Assembly (NCBI GenBank): GCA_041605275.1
Contig: JBFIYQ010000001.1
Span: forward strand, 1-32,561
DNA length: 32,561 nucleotides
Direction: 5' to 3'
From: Gammaproteobacteria bacterium
Lineage (GTDB): Bacteria; Pseudomonadota; Gammaproteobacteria; HK1
Shown here piece by piece: positions 18,861-27,004 of the stretch. Made by a program: the position numbers and the translations under genes. Under the pieces are notes generated by a model. That model did no database searches, was not told the DNA's origin, and saw only the letters and a program-made list of their open reading frames with translations. The first letter of the stretch is position 1, and every line of letters begins with the position of its first letter.

Positions 18861-20255
18861 ATGCCAGACCCGATTCAGCTTCTCGCCCCGCTGGCGCTGC
18901 TTCCCCACGGCTGGGAAGAAAACGTGCGCATCGAAGTCGACGCGGAAGGCGTTATCTTAAGCGCCGATGCGGCCAACGGAAGCGTGGCGTCAGACGTGCA
19001 GAGGCTCGACGGGCCGGTGATCCCCGGCATGGCCAACCTCCACTCCCACGCGTTTCAACGGGCGATGGCGGGGCTGACCGAACGCCGAAACAGCAACGGG
19101 GACAGCTTCTGGACCTGGCGCGAGACCATGTACCGCTTTGTTTCCCTGCTGGACCCGGATCAAATGGAAGCCATTGCCGCGCAGCTTTATGTGGAAATGC
19201 TGGAGGCGGGCTACACCGGTGTCGCCGAATTTCATTACCTGCACCACGACAAGAACGGCCGACCCTATGCCGATCTCGCTGAAACCTCACAGCGCATTGT
19301 CGCGGCGTCCCAACGGGCGGGCATCCGGCTGACCCTGCTGCCGGTGCTGTACGCTCAGGCGGGCTTCGGGAGACAACCCCTTTCGCCACAGCAGAAGCGA
19401 TTTGGAAACAGCGCCGAACAGTTCAATCGTCTGACGGAGCAGCTGAACCGCGCGTACCGTCGGGACCCCGCCGTTCGCTTGGGAATAGCGCTTCACTCCC
19501 TGCGCGCGGTGGATATGGATGACCTGCGCCGGGCGGTAGACCATCTGAGCGCGTTGGACGATCTCGCACCCATTCACCTGCACGTCGCCGAGCAGACCCG
19601 CGAGGTGGAGGAGTGTGTTGCCTTTTCCGGGCGCCGGCCGGTGCAGTGGTTGTACGACAACATTGACGTCGACCGGCGCTGGTGCCTGGTGCACGCGACC
19701 CATGTGGACGACGGCGAGATCGACGCCGTGGTCGCCAGCGGCGCGGTGGTGGGGCTATGCCCAACCACGGAGGCCAATCTCGGAGACGGTCTGTTTCCAG
19801 CCGCGGAGTTCGTCGAGCGCGGCGGCCGATTCGGCATCGGCTCCGACAGCCACGTCTCGGTCTGTCCGATGGAGGAGCTCCGGCTGCTGGAATACGGTCA
19901 GCGTCTCATATTGCACCGCCGGGCGGTGCTGGCATCCGGGCGGGAGCCTTCGACCGGACGGTCTCTTTACAAGATGGCGGCCGACGCCGGCGCCCAGGCG
20001 CTCGGCTTGGTCTCCGGCGAAATCAAACCGGGCGCCTGCGCGGACCTCGTGGTTTTGGACTCCGACAGCCCCGGCCTATACGCTCGCCGCGGTGACGCGA
20101 TTCTGGATGCCGCCGTGTTTGCCGGCAGCCGACGCTTCGTCGATTCGGTATGGGTCGGCGGCCGAGAGGTCGTCTCCGAAGGTCGACACCCGATGCGGGC
20201 GCAGGTCTTCGAGCGCTATAAATCCGCCCTGGACGCGCTGGAGCGTGTCCTTTAG
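18861..20255 (+). CDS. hutF: Formimidoylglutamate deiminase
   Basis: 464 aa amidohydrolase with PGMANLHSHAFQRAMAG, HLHVAEQ, VHATH, GSDS. Together with hutG this indicates the five-step hut route. Confidence 0.9.
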   Translation: MPDPIQLLAPLALLPHGWEENVRIEVDAEGVILSADAANGSVASDVQRLDGPVIPGMANLHSHAFQRAMAGLTERRNSNGDSFWTWRETMYRFVSLLDPDQMEAIAAQLYVEMLEAGYTGVAEFHYLHHDKNGRPYADLAETSQRIVAASQRAGIRLTLLPVLYAQAGFGRQPLSPQQKRFGNSAEQFNRLTEQLNRAYRRDPAVRLGIALHSLRAVDMDDLRRAVDHLSALDDLAPIHLHVAEQTREVEECVAFSGRRPVQWLYDNIDVDRRWCLVHATHVDDGEIDAVVASGAVVGLCPTTEANLGDGLFPAAEFVERGGRFGIGSDSHVSVCPMEELRLLEYGQRLILHRRAVLASGREPSTGRSLYKMAADAGAQALGLVSGEIKPGACADLVVLDSDSPGLYARRGDAILDAAVFAGSRRFVDSVWVGGREVVSEGRHPMRAQVFERYKSALDALERVL

Positions 20256-20272
20256 CCAAAGAGGATCTCGGG

Positions 20273-21025
20273 CTGGAAAGCAAAAAGGTCATCATCATCA
20301 CCGGCGCCAGCCGGGGCATCGGCGCCGCCACCGCCCGCCTTGCCGCCGAGCGAGGCTACTCGGTGTGCGTCAACTACCGGCAAAGCACGGAGGCGGCCGA
20401 CCGTCTGGTGGCGGAGATCGCCGCGGCCGGCGGTGAAGCGGTGGCGGTTGTCGCCGACACCAGCGTCGAGAGGGACGTCCTGCGGCTGTTCAAGACCGTG
20501 GATCAAAGCCTGGGGCCGGTTTCGGCGCTGGTGAACAACGCCGGAATATTGAAACAGCAGATGCGCGTGGCGGAGATGAGCGCAGAGCGCATCAGCGAGG
20601 TAATGGCGGTCAACGTCACCGGCTGCTTTCTCTGCGCCCGCGAAGCGGTCAAGAGGATGTCCACGTCTAGCGGCGGTAAAGGCGGCGCAATCGTCAACGT
20701 CTCCTCGGGCGCTTCCCGGCTCGGCGCTCCCGGCGAGTACGTCGACTACGCCGCCTCCAAGGGCGCGCTGGACACGTTGACCATCGGTCTGGCCAAGGAG
20801 GTGGCCGAGGAAGGCATTCGCGTCAATGCCGTGCGCCCCGGCTTCATCTACACAGATATTCACGCAAGCGGAGGCGAGCCGCAGCGGGTCGATCGGGTGA
20901 AGTCCCTGGTACCGATGAAACGCGGCGGTCAACCGGAGGAAGTCGCCCGTGCCATAATGTGGCTTTTGTCCGACGAGGCCTCGTACACCACCGGGGCCTT
21001 CATCGACATCACCGGCGGAAAATAA
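20273..21025 (+). CDS. Short-chain dehydrogenase/reductase (classical SDR)
   Basis: KKVIIITGASRGIGAATA (TGxxxGxG), NNAG, and catalytic S...YxxxK (YAASKGAL). The frame opens at 20222 and has no ATG, GTG or TTG before the Rossmann motif. Start assigned to CTG 20273, 7 nt after AAAGAGGA. The ORF track starts only at internal GTG 20363. Confidence 0.75.
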   Translation: MESKKVIIITGASRGIGAATARLAAERGYSVCVNYRQSTEAADRLVAEIAAAGGEAVAVVADTSVERDVLRLFKTVDQSLGPVSALVNNAGILKQQMRVAEMSAERISEVMAVNVTGCFLCAREAVKRMSTSSGGKGGAIVNVSSGASRLGAPGEYVDYAASKGALDTLTIGLAKEVAEEGIRVNAVRPGFIYTDIHASGGEPQRVDRVKSLVPMKRGGQPEEVARAIMWLLSDEASYTTGAFIDITGGK

Positions 21026-21026
21026 A

Positions 21027-21821
21027 ATGACCATCGATCGATCTACGCTCAACAGCTTGAGCGCGGCGCTTGTTGATATCGCCGAACGCGCGGGCAGAGA
21101 AATTCTTACCGTGTACGGGGCCGGATTCGACGTCCGCACCAAGCGCGACGCGACCCCGGTCACCGAAGCCGATGAGCGATCCGAGCAGCTGATTCTCGAG
21201 GCGCTGGCCGACGTCGCGCCCGAGATCCCCGTAATCGCGGAAGAGAGCGTGGCCGAGGGCCGCGTGCCGGAGATCAAAGGCTCTTCCTTTTTTCTCGTCG
21301 ATCCCTTAGACGGCACCAAGGAGTTCGTGAGCCGCAACGGCGAGTTCACCGTCAACATCGCGCTTATTGAAAACGCCGTCCCCCTGATCGGCGCGATCCA
21401 CGTCCCCGTGCTCGAGGAAAGCTACTGGTGCGATGGCGACGGCGCCGCCTGGCGTCGACGCGGCACCGGCGAAGCCGTGCAGATCCGCTGTCGCAAACCG
21501 GACAACGGGCTGGTGGTGGTGGCGAGCCGCTCGCACCGGGACGCGAAGACCGACGCGTTTCTGGAAAAGTTCAAAGTCAAAGAGCAGATCTCGGCCGGTT
21601 CATCGATCAAATTCTGCCGCGTCGCCGAGGGCGCCGCCGATCTCTATCCCCGGCTCGGCCGCACCATGGAGTGGGACGTTGCTGCCGGCCACGCCATTGT
21701 CAACGCCGCCGGAGGAAGCGTCACCACCGTGGACAACGAGCCATTTACCTACGGCAAGCCGGACTTCGCCAATCCGTTTTTCGTTGTCCGTGGTCTGCCT
21801 CCCGATTCTTCTGACGACTGA
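21027..21821 (+). CDS. cysQ: 3'(2'),5'-bisphosphate nucleotidase (inositol monophosphatase family)
   Basis: 264 aa. EESV...FFLVDPLDGTKEF metal motif and EWDVAAGHAIV (WDxAAG). Starts 1 nt after the SDR stop. Confidence 0.8.
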   Translation: MTIDRSTLNSLSAALVDIAERAGREILTVYGAGFDVRTKRDATPVTEADERSEQLILEALADVAPEIPVIAEESVAEGRVPEIKGSSFFLVDPLDGTKEFVSRNGEFTVNIALIENAVPLIGAIHVPVLEESYWCDGDGAAWRRRGTGEAVQIRCRKPDNGLVVVASRSHRDAKTDAFLEKFKVKEQISAGSSIKFCRVAEGAADLYPRLGRTMEWDVAAGHAIVNAAGGSVTTVDNEPFTYGKPDFANPFFVVRGLPPDSSDD

Positions 21822-21830
21822 CGTTCCGGG

Positions 21831-21847
21831 TGAAGCGTTCCGCTTCA
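21831..21847 (+). terminator. Hairpin after the cysQ stop
   Basis: TGAAGCG-ttc-CGCTTCA, 10 nt after the TGA at 21819-21821. No U-tract. Confidence 0.3.
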
Positions 21848-22009
21848 ACAATGACGAAGCGCGCTGGCGCGAACCTTGTAGAGCGCCCATTTACAATTGA
21901 CACATTCTGAACCACCCGATCACGGGAATCGTCCGCAAGCGGTGTCCCGCAGCGGGCTTTGTTCAATCTCGCTAAATGGATCACTAATCATCGATGCAAG
22001 GAGCTAGCC

Positions 22010-23011
22010 ATGTCCGCATCGCTACCCGATAAAATGACCGTCATCGAGATTCCGGAGCCCGGCGGCCCGGAAGCACTGAAACCGGCCAGACGCGCGCTGC
22101 CTTCACCCGGTGAGGGTGAAGTGCTGGTCAAGGTGACCGCCGCCGGGGTCAACCGCCCCGACGTGATGCAGCGTAAAGGCATGTACCCGCCGCCCCCCGG
22201 CGCCCCGGATACGCCCGGGCTGGAGATCGCCGGCAAGGTGGTGGCGGTGGGTGAAGGCGTGTCCTCACCCGCGGCCGGCGAGCAGGTGTGCGCGCTGGTC
22301 GCCGGCGGCGGCTACGCCGAGTTTTGTCTGGCATCGGCGCCACTCTGTCTGCCTTGGCCCGAAGGCATGACGGCGGTCGAGGCCGCCGCTTTGCCGGAGA
22401 CCTTCTTCACCGTGTGGACCAACGTGTTTGATCGCGGCCGACTCAAAAGCGGTGAGAGATTTCTGGTTCACGGCGGCACCAGCGGCATCGGCACTACGGC
22501 AATTCAGCTGGCTAAGGCGTTCGGCGCCACCGTTTACGCCACCGCCGGCACGGCGGAAAAATGCGAGGCCTGCCTCAAGCTCGGTGCGGATGCGGCAATT
22601 AATTATCGAGAGGAAGACTTCGTCGAGCGCATCGACTCGCTGACCGATGGCAAGGGCGTGGACCTGATTCTAGATATGGTCGCCGGAGACTACCTGCCGC
22701 GAAATCTCAAATGCCTCGCGGTGGAGGGACGTCTGGTCCAGATCGCGCTGCAGAAGGGACCCAAGGTGGAGATGAACCTGCTTCCGATTATGCTCAAGCG
22801 TCTTACCGTTACCGGATCGACGCTCCGCCCGAGAAGCGTCGCGCAAAAGGCGGAAATCGCGGCGTCGCTAAAAGATAAAGTCTGGCCGCTGCTCGAGCAG
22901 GGCAAGGTGAAGCCGGTAATCCACGCCACCTTTCCGCTGGAGAAGGCGGCGGAAGCCCATGCGCTGATGGAGAGCAGCAGGCACATCGGCAAAATTCTTC
23001 TCACCAACTGA
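22010..23011 (+). CDS. NAD(P)H:quinone oxidoreductase (zeta-crystallin/PIG3-type MDR)
   Basis: 333 aa from ATG 22010 (AAGGAG upstream). EVLVKVTAAGVNRPDVMQRKGMYPPPPG and nucleotide site VHGGTSGIGTTAIQLAK. Confidence 0.85.
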   Translation: MSASLPDKMTVIEIPEPGGPEALKPARRALPSPGEGEVLVKVTAAGVNRPDVMQRKGMYPPPPGAPDTPGLEIAGKVVAVGEGVSSPAAGEQVCALVAGGGYAEFCLASAPLCLPWPEGMTAVEAAALPETFFTVWTNVFDRGRLKSGERFLVHGGTSGIGTTAIQLAKAFGATVYATAGTAEKCEACLKLGADAAINYREEDFVERIDSLTDGKGVDLILDMVAGDYLPRNLKCLAVEGRLVQIALQKGPKVEMNLLPIMLKRLTVTGSTLRPRSVAQKAEIAASLKDKVWPLLEQGKVKPVIHATFPLEKAAEAHALMESSRHIGKILLTN

Positions 23012-23018
23012 CGATTCG

Positions 23019-23564
23019 ATGAACGACGCGAGTGAGACCAGTTCGACTCTGGCCGACGGTGGCACACCGCTCTCCCCCGCCGAGTTTCTCGCCAGGCTCG
23101 AATCGCTGGGTATTGCCCATACAACCTTCGATCACGAGTCGGTGTTCACGGTGGAAGAATCCAAACGTTTGCGCGGCGATATGGACGGGGCCCACGTGAA
23201 GAACCTGTTTCTGCGCAACAAGAAAGGCGCGATGTGGCTGGTCACCTGTCTCGAAGACCGCCGGGTTGATCTCAAATGGCTGGCGGAATCCCTGGGCGCA
23301 GGACGTTTCTCGTTTGCCAGTCCCGATCGCTTGATGAAATACCTGGGCGTCGTTCCCGGAGCGGTGACGACATTTGCCGCCATAAATGACACCACGGGAT
23401 CCGTTCGGGTCGCGTTGGACCGCGCACTGCTCGAGGCGTCGCGAATCAACCTGCATCCGCTCACCAACGCCATGACCACGACCATTGATTCGGCCGACCT
23501 GCTGCGCTTTCTCGAAGCTGTCGGACATCCCCCGACGCTTATCGGGTTCGAGGACCGTCAATGA
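23019..23564 (+). CDS. YbaK/ProX-type aminoacyl-tRNA deacylase domain protein
   Basis: 181 aa. HVKNLFLRNKKGAMWLVTCLEDRRVDLKWLAE...GVVPGAVTTFAAIND matches the prolyl-tRNA-synthetase-associated editing domain pattern. Confidence 0.75.
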   Translation: MNDASETSSTLADGGTPLSPAEFLARLESLGIAHTTFDHESVFTVEESKRLRGDMDGAHVKNLFLRNKKGAMWLVTCLEDRRVDLKWLAESLGAGRFSFASPDRLMKYLGVVPGAVTTFAAINDTTGSVRVALDRALLEASRINLHPLTNAMTTTIDSADLLRFLEAVGHPPTLIGFEDRQ

Positions 23565-23570
23565 CGGCGC

Positions 23571-25124
23571 TCAGCGCAAACCGTCGATAAAGGGATCGAT
23601 CCGGTTTACAAACTCAACCGCGCCGGAGATGTCCCGGGCCATCTCCCGATCCTGTTCCCATACATCAATTCCTTCCCGCACCGCGGCATGCAGAGCTTCC
23701 AGAGAGGGGCTTGTGCGCATGGGTCGAAGTAGATCGATGCCCTGGGCGGCGCACAGCAGCTCGATGGCGAAAATCGTCGTGGTATTGGAAATGATCGCGC
23801 CTAGTTTAAGCGCGGCGCCCATGCCCATGGACACGTGGTCTTCCTTGTCCGCCGAGGTGGGAATCGAATCCACCGACGCAGGATGCGCCAGCCCCTTACT
23901 CTCGCTGGCGAGCGCAGCGGCGGTGACCTGGGCAATCATGAATCCCGAATTCAGTCCCGCGTCTTTAACCAGAAACGGCGGCAGTCCCGAGAACGCGGTA
24001 TTGGTCAGCTTTTCGATGCGTCGCTCGCTGATGGTTCCGAGCTCCGCCACCGCCATGCCCAGCATGTCGGCGGCGATGGCCACGGGCTGACCGTGAAAAT
24101 TTCCGCCGGAGATGATCGCGCCGTCCTCCGGAAAGATGAGCGGATTGTCGGTGACGGCATTCATCTCGATAGCGAGCTTGCTCTCCACGTCGGACAGCAC
24201 GTCCCGCGCCGCGCCGTGCACCTGCGGCGCGCAGCGAAGGCTGTAGGGATCCTGAACGCGCACGTCTCCGAAGCGATGGGATTCGCGTATCTCGGAGCCT
24301 CTCAGCAGCGTAAACAGGTTGTGGGCGCTGGCCTGTTGACCCGGATAGGGCCTCAGCGCGTGGAGACGGGGGTCGAATGCGGCATCCGTTCCGCGCAGGG
24401 CGTCCACCGAAAGGGCGGCCACAAGATCGGCGGCGCGCACCAGCCTTCGAACCGCAATCACCGCGTTGGCGAGCAGCGCGGTCATCGCCTGGGTGCCGTT
24501 GATCAGCGCCAGCCCCTCCTTGGGCTCGAGCGCGAAAGGCTTAAGGTCCGCGCGGGCAAGACCCTCGGCGGCCGGGAGCAGCGCTCCTTCCACATGAACC
24601 TTGCCCTTGCCCAGAAGCGGCAGGGCGAGATGGGCCAGCGGCGCGAGATCGCCGCTTGCGCCTACCGATCCGCGGCTTGGCACCAGCGGCAAGATGTTTT
24701 CGTTCAGCAGCGTAAGCAACGCATCGATGATTTCCGCGCGCACCCCCGAGTGGCCCCGCGCCAGCGTGTTTGCGCGCAACAGCAGCATGCCGCGCACCGT
24801 CGCTTCGTCCAGGGGCTCGCCCACGCCAGCACAGTGACTCAGGATGAGACGTTCCTGGAGCACCGCCAGCTTGTCCGCCGCAATGCGCACCTTGGCCAGA
24901 TCGCCGAAACCGGTATTGACCCCGTAAACCGCCTGTTCTTTTTTAAGCGTATCGAGGACGGTCCGGCGCGCGGCCTCGACCCGTTTCCGGGCCGAGTCAT
25001 CCAGCGCACAGCGGGAGCGGCCGAACACGGCCGCGCGGTAGCGATCCAGGTCGAGGCTCTTGCCATCAACAACCAGCAAGGAGATTTCCCCTGTTTTTGT
25101 CAGGCGGTTATTTGTAGTCGGCAC
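23571..25124 (-). CDS. hutH: Histidine ammonia-lyase
   Basis: 517 aa. MIO-forming Ala-Ser-Gly in SRGSVGASGDLAPLAHL, plus YGVNTGFG, NGTQAM, QDPYSLRC. GTG start at 25124 with no obvious Shine-Dalgarno. Confidence 0.95.
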   Translation of the reverse strand: MPTTNNRLTKTGEISLLVVDGKSLDLDRYRAAVFGRSRCALDDSARKRVEAARRTVLDTLKKEQAVYGVNTGFGDLAKVRIAADKLAVLQERLILSHCAGVGEPLDEATVRGMLLLRANTLARGHSGVRAEIIDALLTLLNENILPLVPSRGSVGASGDLAPLAHLALPLLGKGKVHVEGALLPAAEGLARADLKPFALEPKEGLALINGTQAMTALLANAVIAVRRLVRAADLVAALSVDALRGTDAAFDPRLHALRPYPGQQASAHNLFTLLRGSEIRESHRFGDVRVQDPYSLRCAPQVHGAARDVLSDVESKLAIEMNAVTDNPLIFPEDGAIISGGNFHGQPVAIAADMLGMAVAELGTISERRIEKLTNTAFSGLPPFLVKDAGLNSGFMIAQVTAAALASESKGLAHPASVDSIPTSADKEDHVSMGMGAALKLGAIISNTTTIFAIELLCAAQGIDLLRPMRTSPSLEALHAAVREGIDVWEQDREMARDISGAVEFVNRIDPFIDGLR

Positions 25125-25170
25125 TCCGCACAGCGCGCCGGCGTCAGCGGGCGCAACTCCCCGGCGCTCC

Positions 25171-25356
25171 TCATCCCGTGAGGGCGGTTACAAAGCATTG
25201 AGCAAGCGGAATGTAGTCGGAATTGGGAAGCGAGAAGAATCGAAGAAACTCGGGTGTCGAAATCAACCCGGCAAGAAAACTTTCCAGGAGCGACTGACTC
25301 ACCGGGTGCAATCGCAGCGGAAACTCGCAAACAGTCATCGCAACGTCAGGGGGCAT
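25171..25356 (-). CDS. Candidate 61-aa small ORF between mttB-like and hutH
   Basis: The ATG is preceded by AGGAGGA (25368-25362) with a 5-nt spacer, the strongest Shine-Dalgarno in the window. Third-position G+C is about 58 percent by my count, apparently below neighbouring genes. No recognisable family. Confidence 0.25.
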   Translation of the reverse strand: MPPDVAMTVCEFPLRLHPVSQSLLESFLAGLISTPEFLRFFSLPNSDYIPLAQCFVTALTG

Positions 25357-25436
25357 ACGGGTCCTCCTGTTCGATTCGCCTTTCCCGCGACAGGGAACAG
25401 CGTCAACCTGAAGCCTAGCGACAATGTGGCGCTATT

Positions 25437-26978
25437 TCAAAGCAATTCATCGCTCCGTCGTTGGATGAACTCCTCCAGTTCTCCCCGCCTCGACGATTCC
25501 AGCGCGGGCTCCTGGTATCCCTCCAGCATGGCCTCGCATTGAGTTCTCGCCCGCGCCAGCGCGTCGTGGGCCCCTTCCGACTGCCACTTCTCGAAAGACT
25601 GCCTGATCCCGATACGCGGGCTGAAGAATGCCGCCTTGTAGTGCTCCAGAGTGTGGTCTGCATCCAGGAACATTCCGCCCGGGCCCACATGGTGAATGGT
25701 CTCTAACGCCAGCGAGTCGTCGGAGACGTCGATCCCTTTCACCAGGCTGCGCACCATGGCGATTTGGTCCAGATCCAGCATCAGCTGCTCGTAGCTCATG
25801 GTGAGATAAGACTCGAGGATCCCGGCGCCGTGCATCAGATAGTTGACCCCGCAAAGCACTGAAGTGAGCAGCGTGAACATTCGTTCGTAATTGCTCTGCG
25901 GGTCGGGAACGGGGGAATCCGTCAGCGCGCCGCCACCGCGACAGGGCAGATTGTATCTTCGCGCAAGTTGTGCGCAGGCGGCGATGCAGATAGCGGATTC
26001 GGGACTGCCGATTGCGGGCGCGCCGGTGCGCATATCCAGATTACTCGACGCCGTGCCGTAGAGCACAGGAACCCCAGGTTTGACCAGCTGGGTCAGCACG
26101 ATGCCGGCGAGCACCTCGGCGTTCTGCAGCGCCAGCGCGCCGGCAAGAGTGGTGGGACCTGAAACGCCGGCCATGACGAAGGGACTGATGAGATTGACCT
26201 GACCGTGGCGCGCGAATGCCAACAGACTCTCCACCATGGCGGTGTCGTAAACCAGCGGGCTGTTCACGTTCACGCTGCAGTGCGCAACCGGACCTTTACG
26301 CAGCTCGTTTTCGCCGCCGAAAACGATGGCGAGCATCCGAAGCGCGTCCATGGACTCTTCCCTTCCGTTGACGAAACCGGACTGCACCGGCTTGTCGGCG
26401 AGCGTGAGTATGGCGCGCCAGCAATGCAGGTGGCGTGTTTTTACCGGCACGTCCTGGGCTTCCACCGGCTTGCGGCCGACCACGTGTATTTCGGGGGAGA
26501 GGCAGCAAATGCGGGTTATTCGCTCGACGTCCTCAAGGGTGCCGGCACGCCGCGTGCCCTGAAGATCGCGCACGAAGGGCGGCCCGCCTCCGGGCATCAC
26601 CGCGCAATAATCGCCCCCGATGGTAACGCTGTTCCGCGGCGATCTTGCCCTCAAGGTATACGCCGCCGGCGCGCTGCTCAGCGCGTGCAGCACCAGATCT
26701 TCCTCGATGAAAACCCGGTCGCCCTCGATACGTGCGCCGGCCTGGCGGAAAATCCCTATGGCTTCTTCGCTGTGGAATTCGACCCCGGTGCGTTTGAGTA
26801 TCTGCAGAGAGGCTTCGTGAATACGCTCGATCTTGTCGGCGTCCAACAGGTCGAGCTTTCTGATTGAAACGGTGATAGGAACGGAGCGCGAGGCATCCTC
26901 CAAATCTTCACGCTCGCGCTGCATGCGCTCCCTGCGGCCGCCCCGCCGCTGTCGCACCGATTTCTTGCGCGTGGGCAT
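25437..26978 (-). CDS. MttB-superfamily (trimethylamine/quaternary-amine) methyltransferase, non-pyrrolysine type
   Basis: 513 aa from ATG 26978 (MPTRKKSVRQRRGGRRER..., an Arg-rich N-terminus common in this family). IERIHEASLQILKRTGVEF and the following blocks fit the MttB TIM-barrel family. No in-frame TAG. The ORF-track extension to 27197 would overlap the upstream gene. Confidence 0.85.
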   Translation of the reverse strand: MPTRKKSVRQRRGGRRERMQREREDLEDASRSVPITVSIRKLDLLDADKIERIHEASLQILKRTGVEFHSEEAIGIFRQAGARIEGDRVFIEEDLVLHALSSAPAAYTLRARSPRNSVTIGGDYCAVMPGGGPPFVRDLQGTRRAGTLEDVERITRICCLSPEIHVVGRKPVEAQDVPVKTRHLHCWRAILTLADKPVQSGFVNGREESMDALRMLAIVFGGENELRKGPVAHCSVNVNSPLVYDTAMVESLLAFARHGQVNLISPFVMAGVSGPTTLAGALALQNAEVLAGIVLTQLVKPGVPVLYGTASSNLDMRTGAPAIGSPESAICIAACAQLARRYNLPCRGGGALTDSPVPDPQSNYERMFTLLTSVLCGVNYLMHGAGILESYLTMSYEQLMLDLDQIAMVRSLVKGIDVSDDSLALETIHHVGPGGMFLDADHTLEHYKAAFFSPRIGIRQSFEKWQSEGAHDALARARTQCEAMLEGYQEPALESSRRGELEEFIQRRSDELL

Positions 26979-27004
26979 ACTTCGCCGCCGATCGGAGCCG
27001 GGCG

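Noticed and set aside
25437-26978. Pyrrolysine-type MttB (in-frame amber codon)
   Set aside because: The reading frame is continuous with no internal TAG, and no pyl genes are present. This is a non-Pyl family member.
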